A stretch of DNA of 64,000 nucleotides from Callorhinchus milii (taxonomy: Eukaryota), in assembly GCF_018977255.1 (NCBI RefSeq), contig NW_024704743.1:82276001-82340000 (forward strand). The letters run 5' to 3'. The first letter of the stretch is position 1. Each line of letters opens with the position of its first letter. Below, in pieces: positions 1 to 12,869 of this stretch. A model generated the notes under the pieces. The model was not told where the DNA came from and searched no databases. It was given only the letters and a program-made list of their open reading frames with translations. A program made the position numbers and the translations under genes.

Positions 1-154
1 ATATTCAGTTAATATACTTTAGAGTATATTCTGTGAAGTGCTTTGAGGCGTCTCAGGCGCTATATCAAATTCAAAGATTATTATAGAGAGGGAAAATAGA
101 ATATAGAAGCAAAAAAACTCACAATGTTTATTTGTATACTGTGAATATTTGAGT

Positions 155-330
155 CAACAACAACAAGATTCCATTTACAGAGCGCCTTTCACGTCAGGAG
201 GACCTCGCAAGGTGCTGTACAGTTGGGTCAGGACCCGAGCAGGGGGGAAATGGTCAGGGTGAGGGGACGGAAGGGAGGGAGCGAGGAGGGGGAGAGAGTC
301 GAGAGGGGAGCTGAAGGCACGGTCAAAGAG
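155..330 (-). mobile_element. Short L2-tail element, copy 1
   Basis: Near-identical to 12672-12869 and to the reverse complement of 58501-58695; (CAA)n tail. Confidence 0.85.
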
Positions 331-1053
331 TCAGTCATTAAATGGAAAATGTTTGTATGTTAAGTGATCAAGCATCTTCGCAACAGCTGCGAAACAAGGC
401 TGTTTAAATGGGGGAAGGGAGAAGGGAAGGGAGTGAATTGAAAAGGGATCCGGAATTAAGCTTGCACGACACTCGTGTGCTATCTTTAAGTGTGAAATTT
501 TAATGGCTGTGCTTGCTGTCCCAGTCGGAGAGCTGGTTAAAATAGATATGAAGTGTTCCCATACTTTCCATGCAAGTATCTTAAAAACTACAATAACTAG
601 CAGAATGAAACATATCTGTACGTGAGATATTTGAGGGTACTTACGAGGCTTTGAGCAAGAACAGATTTGTGAGGTGATAATAGATTGTAGCTGGATGGTT
701 ATCATTGCAACAACTGAACCCCCCCCCCCACCATTGTTAATTGTAAATACCATGTCATACTATGTTTATTCCCCCACGACAAATGTATACGCACACAGAC
801 AAACACACGCACACACACGCACCACACATATACACAAACACACGGAATTTATTAATTCAGACTTTCACTCTTCAAGCACTTTTGAACTCTGTGGTCACTC
901 GCACATTGCATCCACCTAAAATGGCCACCTTCTCCAGGGCATGAAATGAAATAGCTGCCACGGCACTCAAAATGGCTGCTTGACCAGCCTCACATGTAGA
1001 AGGTGAAAGTATACTTCTGAAGACTGTGCACTCTTTGACTTAACCTGCCACTT

Positions 1054-1441
1054 ATAATAATAATCCTTGCATTTGATGCAGCGCATTATCACACTGAGAC
1101 GTCTCAAAGTGCTTCACAGAATATACTGTCAAGTGAATTGACTGTATATTTTGTGGGTGAAATGCAGCAGACAGTTGCGCAGAGCAGTGTCCCACACGCT
1201 GTCGTGAATTTTGAGTGACCAAATTCTTCTTGTTATTACTTTTTTTTCAAGGGAATATTACACCCGGAAAAGTGATCCGCCAAGAGCCTAATAACTAGCT
1301 TCCTACTTACTGCTAGGTAAATAGAGGCGTGTGTGTGGAGTAAGTAAGGAAACTTGCCTAGGGTTTTGCCCTGCCTGGGAATTGAACACGGGTCCGCTTG
1401 CTTGCGAGGCGAGTGCTCTAAGCACTAAACTACAGTTCTCC
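1054..1441 (-). mobile_element. tRNA-Ala-derived SINE, long form
   Basis: tRNA-like head at the 1441 end, extra internal segment ~1260-1330, shared 3' tail ending GCAAGGATTATTATT. Confidence 0.85.
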
Positions 1442-4400
1442 ATGTTTCAGCTGTTATTTATTTATTATGTTATTTCACTTAACCCTGTGTCCACTAGTTG
1501 GGTTATCGGTGAACCAGTAGAAAGTGAATAAAACTGATATCTGCTAAAAATGCGATCCTTAGTTTATAAAAGCTGCCCAATGTAAGGCGCTGTTAGCATC
1601 TTTACGTTTTTAAAACATAAAATAGGAGTTTGCTGGATTCAAGTACAATGTCCTGTAGATTTCCCCTTGTCATGTTTTGATTTAACTGACTGTAATCCAG
1701 CAAGGTTATGGAAATTAATATTTTCAGTTTTCCTCCATCTAGGGGACAGGATTTGCTTCACATGACACAGTGCTATGTAAATCTGACTTTGTTGAGAAAT
1801 AAGTTATTGGTACAAATGATATGGAATGACGTGCACAATAAGTTTATCATCGGATGTACATAGATCAGGACCTGAGTTTGTAGTCCAAGCTGACGCTGCA
1901 GTGCCGTGGGGGTGTGGGGATCGGGGGTGGGGGGAGAAGGCTGTATTGTCAGAGCTGCTGTCCTTTGATGAGTTGTTAAACTGAGGCCCCATCTGCCTGC
2001 TTTTAAAGATCCTACAGCGCTATTCAAAAGAGAAGGGAGAATTTCCTTATGTCTTGGCTAACAGGCCTCTCAGATTAATTGGCCATTTGCCTCATGGCAG
2101 GTTGTGGGTCTTTGTTGTGTGCAAAATGTGCTGCCACTTTTGCCTACAAATACACAGTCACTACATTTGATAATTACTGTAAAGTACTTTGAGATGTTTA
2201 ATATGTACTATAAAAATGAGAGTTTCTTACAGCAAAGTTTTCTTTCCACTGGGACAAGTTTTCAGTTCTGCATCGATTTAAAAGTGAAATTTGTTGATGG
2301 GAAATTGGGAGAATAGTCTCTACTTCCTTTAACGTTTACTGCATTTAATGCATCTAATCGTTTATTAAATGTAGTGACTGTGTATGAATACGCCAATGTG
2401 GCAAGCAACTAACACACGGCAGTTTCCACAAACGGCCATGAAGCAAGTAACCAATTTATCTGACCAGAACACTTATGTACAATCAAATTCCTTCCTCAGT
2501 TCAGATCTTTCCAGTGTACTGCAGATGCTCAACCCCCCAGCAACGCTTGACCTTTCTAATATCGGTCTTTTCCCCTGTCCCCCAAATGACTAAGTTTATT
2601 GTGGATATACAAAATTGAAACACTTTTTACCTTCTGCTGCCTTGGTAACCAATAAATATCATCCTTCCTATATAATTGGCCAGCCATAGAAGTTTTGTAG
2701 CACAGAAGAAGGCCATTTAGCCCATCTTGACTGCAGGTTCTTTGAAAGAGTTTTAGTCGGTGGCCATCACGTTCGCCTTCAAATACAAGTCACTACAGCA
2801 TTAAAGGCGCATTAAACATTCAGTTCCATTCGTCTGTGTTTTTCTCTGTATTCCTGTTTTTTGTTTACTTCTTTATAGATATCTATTGAATTCCAGTTTG
2901 AAATTTAATATAGATCCTGCCTCAGACCCCACACCCAACAGAGCTTTCCACATACCAACAACTCTGTGTAAAAACAATTGCTCCTAATCTCTTCATCGCT
3001 TGTTTGCTAATTATTTTAAGTTGCTGCCCTCTAGTCACTGACTCACTGACCAGTGGAAACTATTCTCCCTAACAACTATTTCAAAACATTTTTGTAACTT
3101 TGACAATCGGATTCTCCTCCAATACTGTCACTTTCTCTGGGATCTGTCTCTGTTTAAATCAACTGGCAAAACGTGTGCAGCAACTATCGAGTATGAGAAG
3201 GGAGTACTCAGATGGGAGACAGAGTCTGAGTGTTCGCATGCATTAATAGATCCAATCTCAACCTTCCTGGTTAGGAAATATTGAGGAAGAATGTCTGTCT
3301 TGCGTGTGCTTTAGTCACCTGAAAATAGAGTCTGGTTGGCACTTTGTATGCTATCATGCACCATTCTTCATTTATTTCTATGTTTTTATATCCCATTTAA
3401 GCTAAAATCTCCATTGGAAATGTTATGTTTCAGAGACAATTTGATCAACGGGAAAGAAACATGAAAATGTCCACCACCCTATGATGATAATCCTTACGTT
3501 TAATATGACGCCTTTCATGTCAGGAGATGTCTCAAGGTGCTAACTAAATAGTAAACTGTAAAGTGCAGTGACTGTATTTTTGTGCATTTTTTCGTCTTTA
3601 CATAGCATACAGGCAAACAGCATTTTAAAAAGAATTCTACAAAGAGCTATCACATCTTTGTTCCAAAGATGTCTTTTAAACTTTGTCACCATAGTTGTCT
3701 TTCAATTTTTTTTAAAAAAAGTCACACTGACTGATACTAGCAATGTTGATTGACCGCTAGTGATTCAAGAGTGAAAACTGCACGTGTTTATTTCTGAAAC
3801 ATTTGCCCTCTAAACCTCTGAATAAATAAAACCCGCTAAAAGGGAGGGGATGGGAACAGTTTTGTTTATTTGAGATCTCCACATTTGCAGTTTGAAATGA
3901 AATCATTACCAGGTGTATGTATTTGAGGGGATTCCCATTTGTCACTGTCGGAAGGTTTAAATAGGTTATTGGTTTAATCCTCCTGCTGATTGAAATTAAA
4001 GTTCACTATGAATGTGAAATTGCAATGCTTCTCCAAAAGACAGTCTTTTGTCCACAGACTCCATTGCACCCACTTCTCTTCTCTCCTTTACTTCCATTAC
4101 ATGTAGTTACATAACACAGAAACAGTAGATTTAGCCCAACTAGTCTGTGCCAGTGTTTATTCTCCACATGAGCCTCCACCTCTCCTAATCTCATTTTCAA
4201 TACCTCTCTATTCCCTTCTCCCTCGTGTGTACATTACGTTTTCACTTCAATACATTGATGCTTTTTGCTTCAGCCACAGCTTCTGGTAGTGAGTTTCACA
4301 CGCTCACCCTCGCTGCATGAAGAAGCTCCTCCTAAATTCCCTTTTAGATCTGCTACTGGTTATCCTACATTTATTCGCTCTTGTTTTGTACTCACCAACA

Positions 4401-4934
4401 AGTGACTGTGTACTGAGAGACTGTCTAGTGCTGTAATTCACAAGCACCGCTGCACAATTGTAAATCAGTGGTAATAGACCATCAGCGAGCAGCAAGATCC
4501 ATACAAATGGTGGGTTTGTTGCAGATTTACATTACAGAACATGAAGTGCAGCATAATACAAGAAGCTGAAAGTGTCCCCCACATAGAGAAACTCATCTGT
4601 TTAATGTCTGGTGCAATTGCACCAAGCATTCTCTCTCGACACCCCTTTTCCTGCCAGTAGGTTGCCAGTGTTAAGCAGACTTATCTACCGTATGTACACC
4701 TGGGTGAAGCAGGATACATGCACTAGTCCAGTTTGATTTCATAAGAAAGTAGTAGGCAACCACCAGCAGCATTTATTATACGTACATTACCCTGAGAAGG
4801 TGGTGATGAACCTTCTCTTTAAGTGCAGGTATAAATAACATCACTGGTGCAAGCAAGAGAACACTGATCATTGTTCCTCCATCCTATTGGAGTCCTGTTG
4901 TGGCTGTGGTATAATTGTGGCATTCATTTTATCT

Positions 4935-6100
4935 CAACAATAACAACAAATTACAGTTGTATAAGAGCCCTTCACATTGGAATGTTGGGCGCTGGACAGT
5001 CGAGAATTTTGGACCCGAGTTGGGGTCAGAAGGGGAGGAGGGCAGGGGAGGTTGGGATGGGAGGGTGGCTGAAGGCACAGTCAAAGAGGAAGGTCTTCAG
5101 ACGGAACTTAATGGAGGCAAGAGAGGGAGTGAGGGAGAGGGATTGTGGGATAGAGTTCAAGAGTGTGGAGGCAGAGATGCTGAATTCCCGACTGTCAATG
5201 GTGGGGCGGGAAGTGCGAGCAGGCCAGTGTCTGCCAAGCAGAGGAAGCAGACAGGCTGATATTGAGTTATGAGGTCGGAGAGATAGAGGGAACAAGACCA
5301 TGCATGGCCTTGAAGGTAAGAATGAGGGATTTTGTAATTGATTCTCTGAGGAATGGGGAGCCAGTGAAGCCGGGCAAGAACAGGGGTGATAGGTTCTCGG
5401 AGCCTGGTGCGGGAGAGGACCCGAGCTGCAGAGCACTGAATAATCTGCACTTTGTGGAGGAAAGAGTTAGTAAGTCAGTGAGCAGGCAGTTGGCGTAGTC
5501 AAGCTGGGACATAATGAAAGCGTGGATCGGGGTCTCGGTGGCCTGCAGCAATGTTGCAGAGGTGTGGAAAGGAGGAACGAGTTACAGCACGAATATGGGG
5601 TTTGAAGGACAGCTGAGGGTTGAAAAGACCACCAAGGTTTGGATTGGCTCAGTGAGGTGAAGAGTGCAGCCATGAATGGTGATAGTGTCAGCGACTGAGG
5701 TGAGGAGACGCTGCCGGGAGCCAAGCAGGGGGGCCTGTGTCTTGCTAACATTGAGTTGGAGGAAGTTGGTTCTCGTCCAGAACGTGATGTCAGACAGACA
5801 ATTAGCCAGGACATCAACGGTCCTGGAGTTGAGGATGAAGGCAGTGAGATAGAGTTGGGTGTCACATGTGGAAATTGACCCCATTGCCTGTGGATGACAT
5901 TGCTGAGCGGGAGCATGCACAGATTGAAGAGGAGGGGCCCAAGGACAGAGCCCTGAGGGATGCCACACATGACAGTGTGGGGGCTAGAGGAGAGAAGCCA
6001 TTGGTGGCCATGAAGTACAGATTGTAGAAAAGGTAGGATTGGAACCAGGCAAGAACGGAACCATTGAGGAAGAAGAGAGGCAGTGGAGTAGAGTGGTTAA
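4935..6100 (-). mobile_element. L2-clade LINE, 5'-truncated, decayed reverse transcriptase and 3' tail
   Basis: Frameshifted minus-strand peptides CGIPQGSVLGPLLFNL, DTQLYL, NFLQLNVSKTQ, LARLHWLPIPQRINYKI, LKTFLFD; ends in a (TTG)n-type tail. Confidence 0.9.
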
Positions 6101-7694
6101 GACAGCATTTTTTTTAGTTTTAAACTTCTGCTACATTTCGAAGTGGAAAACGTAGTCAAGGGTAAAATATAAAAGGTGACATTGTCTCGTGACACATTTC
6201 AGCCTTCTGGTTAGATGGAATGAACAAATGTGATTTACTCTGGTATACAAAAGTTAATTCCTGCCCCTTGAGGAAACTGTAATATTTACCTTGCCCTTTG
6301 GAACCATTAATAGCAGAACCCAAGTATTGTCATGCTACAAGTACTGTAAAACTACTGTGTTACCGTAATATGTTTTCAAGGGAAAATAGTTGGCTTGATG
6401 GATACATGGCTGCTATATGCGAAGAGGAAATCCATATTTTCTATTTTACTTTAAAAAGTAAAGTGAAAAATGATCAGCCATCCATAGTTGACCCTTATTT
6501 TGACACGAGTATAAATTATTACTGTACTCTTTTACTTAGTTCAAATGCATAGATGAACAATGTACTGTATATATGAAGTATTAGACCTCTACCTGATGTA
6601 ATCTATGTACATAAGTGATCATTCTAATCTAGCGTATATAACATTTTTGAGATGTTATCATAGTTTCAATTCACTAATAATTTGATGTGGTTTGAGATCA
6701 GTACTGTACTCCAGGCTTAAAATTACTCCAGCTTTTTTCAGTACTTAAGGCAATATATTTCATGTTGCCACACGAAACATAAATATTTCTCTGGTCACTT
6801 TTTCAAAAATAATCTTCCCTTTGCACAAAACATAATAATGCCTCTCATCTATCGAATTCCATCACACACTTTGAAACCAAAGTCTAGTTTCCCTTCATTT
6901 TCTCTTTTAAAAAGTGAGTCTTTGGCAACACAGGGCTCTATCTGTCAAGCATGTGTTCTCTAAAATGTGCAGTGTGGGCACTGTTGATGAAAAATATTTT
7001 AAAATGAGATATGGTGTAGAACTGGCCAGCTAGTTTTAATAATATTGTTGCTGGACTCTCAACCATGGACTATGGTTTAAATTCCAGCCTTGACCGACTT
7101 CCTCACAAAGAGCATTTTTATGCCAATTTTAGTCAGTCACTAAATGAAACAATTGTTACAACAGACTGCCTGCTCCTTTCCCAGAAAAAGGCTTAGAGAG
7201 AGGAACAAAAATTGACAGGTCTATGACACGCCTCTTTGTCTTTTGCATTTTGTTTCTCCCACAAAAGACAGTCAGTTCATTTTACAATATATATTCTGTG
7301 AAGCAGTTTGAGATGTCTCAATGACGTGATAAACGCTATATCAAAATGCAAAGATTATTATCTTGATGGCAGTTGTGGGAAAAGTCCCTAATCTAGATCA
7401 GCAAATACCACTGGGTAAGAGAAACAGTGCAGTTTGGTGACGGTAGGCAGCATTGGGAGATCCAACAAACAATCCATGGAGGAAATCGTAAGTTAGAAAA
7501 GCAACTTAGCAACTGTTTTTTACTGCTATAGGTGAACAGTATAGCTATTTTGTTAATTTGCTCTGCAACCTTGCCCATGCAAAGGTTACATAGTGCATAG
7601 ATTCAACTTTCAATGTGTTCTTGTCAGGAAACAAACATGTTTGAATCCACCCTCAAACGTTTTAAAGAAGAATAGAACTTTTTCTACGTTCTAC

Positions 7695-7741
7695 GTCACA
7701 TTCCACTTAATACTTTTCCTAGGTATTAAGTGGAATGTGAC
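7695..7741. repeat. Perfect 19-bp inverted repeat with 9-nt loop
   Basis: GTCACATTCCACTTAATAC-ttttcctag-GTATTAAGTGGAATGTGAC. Confidence 0.95.
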
Positions 7742-10700
7742 AAATGCATTTCCAATATGAATTTACTGTTCATTCCCATAATACAATAGTATAGATCTAA
7801 GGCATAACTTTTTCTTGGTAAATTGATTGTGCAGTTATAGTCTCAACATTTTGGTTCATTGGCAAGATTGTGAATCATTTCATATGCTAAACATCTTGCA
7901 CAATTCATAATTTGGCACACTGATGCAAAAACAATTATATCGGTAATCAATATAACCGAGCCTTCATCATCTAAGGAGTGCAATTATTGTTAATTGGTTT
8001 TATTCATGTGTGGGGTCCATTGGCTATTATATGGACTGGAGTTTTAAGCAATAAATAAGTGAAGCCATAATGAATGTTGGGTCCTTTGAAGTTCCATTCA
8101 TTCAACATAGCTTCGATGATCACATGACAATTTCAAAGCTTCATTGCTGGCCACATTTCCTACTTTCTTTGGTTCCAAATATACATGCATTCAGCTTTTC
8201 AAAGCTTTGGTGTACGTATGTCCAAACCTTCGTACTACAACATCCAAGGTTGCTCCGAGTTACAATCTAACTTTAAAAAGTTTCCCTTTTTGAAACTGCA
8301 GCTCTACATTAACATCCAATGGGTTTCGTAAACTGATAGAATACATTGTAGTAACTGTACATTTTTTTTACCAGAAGTCAGTCACTACTGTATTAAATAG
8401 TAGACTAGTAAATACCGCGAAATGCTATGAGGCATTTCAACGACATAATAAGGTGCTATATCAAATATAAAGATTATTATATATGATGGCACCTCCAAAG
8501 TTTTTAATAATATTGAATCTCAGAAACTCACCACTTGATAGCGTTGGCTTGAACCATTCCATGATAATTTATCCAATGCAGCAGAGAGCTTGACATCCAT
8601 ACTGATTGGGCCTGGCCCCATTGTGGATGTGGAAACAGTGCAAATAACAGACCGTCAACATTACTAACCAGAACCGTCCATTAAGAGTTGTCACACTCAG
8701 TCAACAGCCCTTCTTTCTAGCTTTCTCTCTATCTAGCTCATAATAATCATTGCATTTGGTGTAGAGCCTTTCATATCAGGAAGACATTTCACAGGATTTA
8801 CTATAGTGAATTTTTATTTGTAGGTGAATGCTGTAGCTCATTGGCACACAACAATGAAGTCAATAATCAATTTTATCTGGGAGATTGTTGCTCAGGACAC
8901 CAAGAGAAACTCCCTAGGTGCCATTGAATCTTTAGAGTCCAGCAAAACAGGCAGATGAGACCTTAGTTTAACATCTCATCTTAAGGTCAGCACCTCAGGC
9001 AATACAGTGCACCCCCAGTACTGTGTTGGAGTGTCAACCTAGAAGTTGTAAATTCAAAGTCCCAATGTGGGGCTTGCAGTCACAACCTATTAACTAGAAG
9101 ATGAGTATTACCGACTAAGCCACTGAACCAGATTGACATGCTACAGAATTTGCTATTCATCTTGCTATCTCTGCATCTAACTAGCTATCTCTGTCTATCT
9201 GCCTCTGTTTATTTGTATCGGATCTGTCTATTTCTCTGTGAATCTTTTCTAACTGCCAGTGTGTGGTTACCTCTCCCCCCTTAAACCCCACCCACCCCCC
9301 TCTCTTCTTTTTGGTCAGCCGGGTGTCTTGACACATGTGGAAATCCATCACCATGCTTAACAGTATCCAAACCAAGCTGAGAATTCCATCCCAACGACAC
9401 ATGGAAATTCCAGAGATAGATTGTTAGACCTCCCTCACTTTCTCTGTCTCTCTGACTCACTTACCCTCGCCCTCCCTCTCATACTGTACTTGTTTCCACT
9501 TGGGGCTGCACTGTTCCAGTTGGGGAAAATAACTCCTTACAAGTCTGTGTTGGCTGCATTCACTCCAGAGCTCCACTGCTCTATCCCCACTACCCCCACC
9601 CCCCCACCCAACATCGTCAGATGGACTTTCACATGTGCGGCACCCACTCTCTGAACTCCATTCCCAGGTCCCTCCGAATTGCTTCCTCAATTGCGGTGCC
9701 CAGACAGAATTGCTTTGGGACATCCTACATGTAGGAAGTGATGTCAGCAGCAACCCGACAACGACGACCCTGAAAACATTGACTGGTTCCAATTTTATTC
9801 AGCTTCCCTGTAATGATTTTATGGACACAAAACACGACATTAGTAACAGGGTCACCTTGTATAAGCTTTCCAGTGGACACTATGCAGTTGTACAGTTTGT
9901 TTGTTTTAGTCACTTTGTATATTTTTTTTCGTTCCTAACATCCTGTCGCACACCCGCTCCAGATAGACAACCATGGAGCTTTCCATGAACTGACCCATGT
10001 TACTTTGTTGCAAATGTGTTCCAGCGTTGAAGTATAATCTTAAGAGAAGGTCAAGCAAATGAAAACGTCTCACAATACTGGAACTTGCCATCCTTCAGAT
10101 GACATGTTAAACCAAGGTCCCATCTGCCTGTTCAAGTGGAGATTAAAGATCCCGTGGAACTGGTCGAAAAGAGAAGGGAGTTTCTCTTGGTGTCCAGGTC
10201 AACAATCCTCTAGATAAAAATTGGTCATTCACTCCATGGCTATTTGTGGGACATTGCTGTGCGCAAATTGGCTGGAGCATTTGTCTACAAAATACAGTTA
10301 TTAGACTTACCGTAAATACCATTTATACTATGCACTGTTTGTTGCAATAAGAGATTAGTATTTTATTCCAAGGATGTAAATCTTTAAAGGAAGAAAATTT
10401 GGCATAGATAGTAATCTCATCGACATAGTATAACAGTGGTTGGACAAGCACACGTGTCAGACAATAAAAGATACAAGAAGGAATGGAATTGGAAAGTGAG
10501 AGTTTCATGTTACCTGAAATTGACCTGTCAAATCTGAGAGTAACTGAGCTGTAGGTGGGTAGTAAATGGAGTTTTTCAAGATTCATTGTTAACAGATCAG
10601 CACGATGTGTGAAACCCATAATGATCATGTTAAATCTGTCCTTTCACTACCCTGGTAATCTCCAGACAGATCAACAAAACGATGAGGCCATAGATTAATC

Positions 10701-11014
10701 TATTCAACTGTAATTTGTACAATTATTGTGTTTGTTTAAAGGGGCTAGGATTAGGGTATGTTGTACTTAAAACTAAATTTGTAGATGTTCACGCGCTAAT
10801 TAAAAAAACGTCTTTACAGTAAATTTGCAAATTGAACGTTACAAAAAATCCTATGCAGTGCTTTGAGATGTTTTGATGATGTGATAAAGCACTATATCCA
10901 ATGCACAATTATTCAGAATATCATGCAAGTCCTGGAACTTTAAATTCCAGGATTTCAAATATATGGGAAAACAACATATTTTTGAATAAATAGTGCACAC
11001 AATCTGCTTTGGGC

Positions 11015-11925
11015 TATGTTTCGAATATTGTTTTCATCATTTCAAAGTCAAAGGTGATGAAATGGATATATTTTTCAGTAGATTGGTTGCCATGTGTTGG
11101 ATCTTAGGGATACAAAAAGCTTCTTATAGATTTCAGAACAATATATTTTCTGACTTTTGTAAAAGGTGGCTTTTGAAAATACATAATAGTGTGTTGGTTA
11201 CGAAATATGGTGGAACGTTTCTACATTGGATTTCCATATTTTTTACTGAGTCAGAACATGGAATTGAGCAGTAATTTTAGCTGTTTTCTTCCCTGGTAGG
11301 AGTTGTTTTTGAGGACCATATTGCCCATGTTAAGGGTTTTTACCCAACCTATCTTGAATCTCTCCATAAAACACCTGGCTCCCAGGAAGAGTGGAGCATT
11401 CTCATGCTTATCTGAGGTGTGCGGAAACAGTCTAGATTGACTGTAATATTTCTCCCCCTCCACCCTCCTCCTCTCCCTCTTTGAATAATCGCCTGATTAT
11501 TGTCTTGAATAATAGTTGTTAGTTTGGCTTGGCTGGTATTACTCTTGCGCACATCTCTGAAAATTGTCAATACTTGAGCTTAGAGTTGTCACGTTTTGTT
11601 TTCTATCCTTGTCTGTTGTTTAAATATATTGAGTAGCATTTAAATACATCTTTTTATGTAATTAACGTTTTTGATATGGTGCCATCAAGTCTGATCGAGC
11701 ATTGATTGCCACAATTTGGCGGGTAACTTGCCATTCTAATTTGCAAATGAAAGATTGGAACTAAACCTGTCCCCTATTGGGCAACTGAGGGGAGGAAGTG
11801 ATTGGAACATAAAAATAAAAATACAACTACCATTGGGATCCAACACATGGCAACGAATCTACTGAAAAATATATCCATTTCATCACCTTTGACTTTGAAA
11901 TGATGAAAACAATATTCGAAACATA
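11015..11925. repeat. 89-bp inverted duplication (11015-11103 vs 11837-11925)
   Basis: 88/89 identity in reverse complement; the peptide CFEYCFHHFKVKGDEMDIFFSR appears on both strands in the ORF track. Confidence 0.95.
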
Positions 11926-12671
11926 CAATTACCATTGGGGAGGGGCTCAATGCCCATAAAAGAACGAGCGCCATGTGCTCGTGGTCACTATTTTTTCTAC
12001 CTGATGATAACAAAGATACTTGACTATTGATGAGTAGTAGTCAGAGGTTGGTTCTTTGTGCACTTTACATTAACTTCATTACAAGTGGCTGCTGGTGTGT
12101 GTAGTTTAAGTGCGATTTATGTTTTTTATCTCATGTTTGTATTGTTTAAGATTTAATGCTGAGAGCTGTGGATTTAATCGAAGTTACAATAAAATTCCAT
12201 TGAGTTAACTTAATCGTGCTTAAGTAGAGCTTTCTGTATAATTCAAAGGAGGAAATACACAGGTTCAGCCAAGGTTACAGAGGTGTAATATAAACCTCTG
12301 ACTGGCTGAAGCTTCCCAATTTGCTTCAATTTAAATAGCAATTGGTAGTACCTGTTGTCGGGGAGGAACTCATTAGTCAAGTTACACCTAGTTATAGGGA
12401 GGATTGAACACAGGCCACACAGTACACTGCGAGGGAGCGTGAGCCATATTAGGGTGATAGAACCATCTCAGAATCCAAGCTGACACCTTAGTGCTGTCCT
12501 TTGGGAGCGCTGCATCATCAGGGATGACGTCCTTTGGATTAGATAATAAACATTCCTATTAGAAAAGGGAGTTTCTCTCAGTGTTGTGGCCAGCTATCCT
12601 TTCATTGGTGTCCGTGGAAACTGGATGCATTTGGTTACAAAAATCAATCACTTGACTTTACAGAGGAGATT

Positions 12672-12869
12672 CAACAACAACAACAAGATTCCATTTATTG
12701 AGTGCCTTTCACGTCGGGAAGACATACAAAGGCGCTGTACAGTTGGGTCAGGACCCAAGCAGGGGTGAAATGGTCAGGGTGAGGGGAGGGAAGGGAGGGA
12801 GCGAGGAGGGGGTAGAGAGTCGAGAGGGGAGCTGAAGGCACGGTCAAAGAGAAAGGACTTGAGACCTTT
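12672..12869 (-). mobile_element. Short L2-tail element, copy 2
   Basis: Near-identical to copies 1 and 3. Confidence 0.85.

Noticed and set aside
331..753. 140-aa minus-strand ORF or conserved non-coding element
   Set aside because: No recognisable protein features; conservation cannot be judged without alignments.
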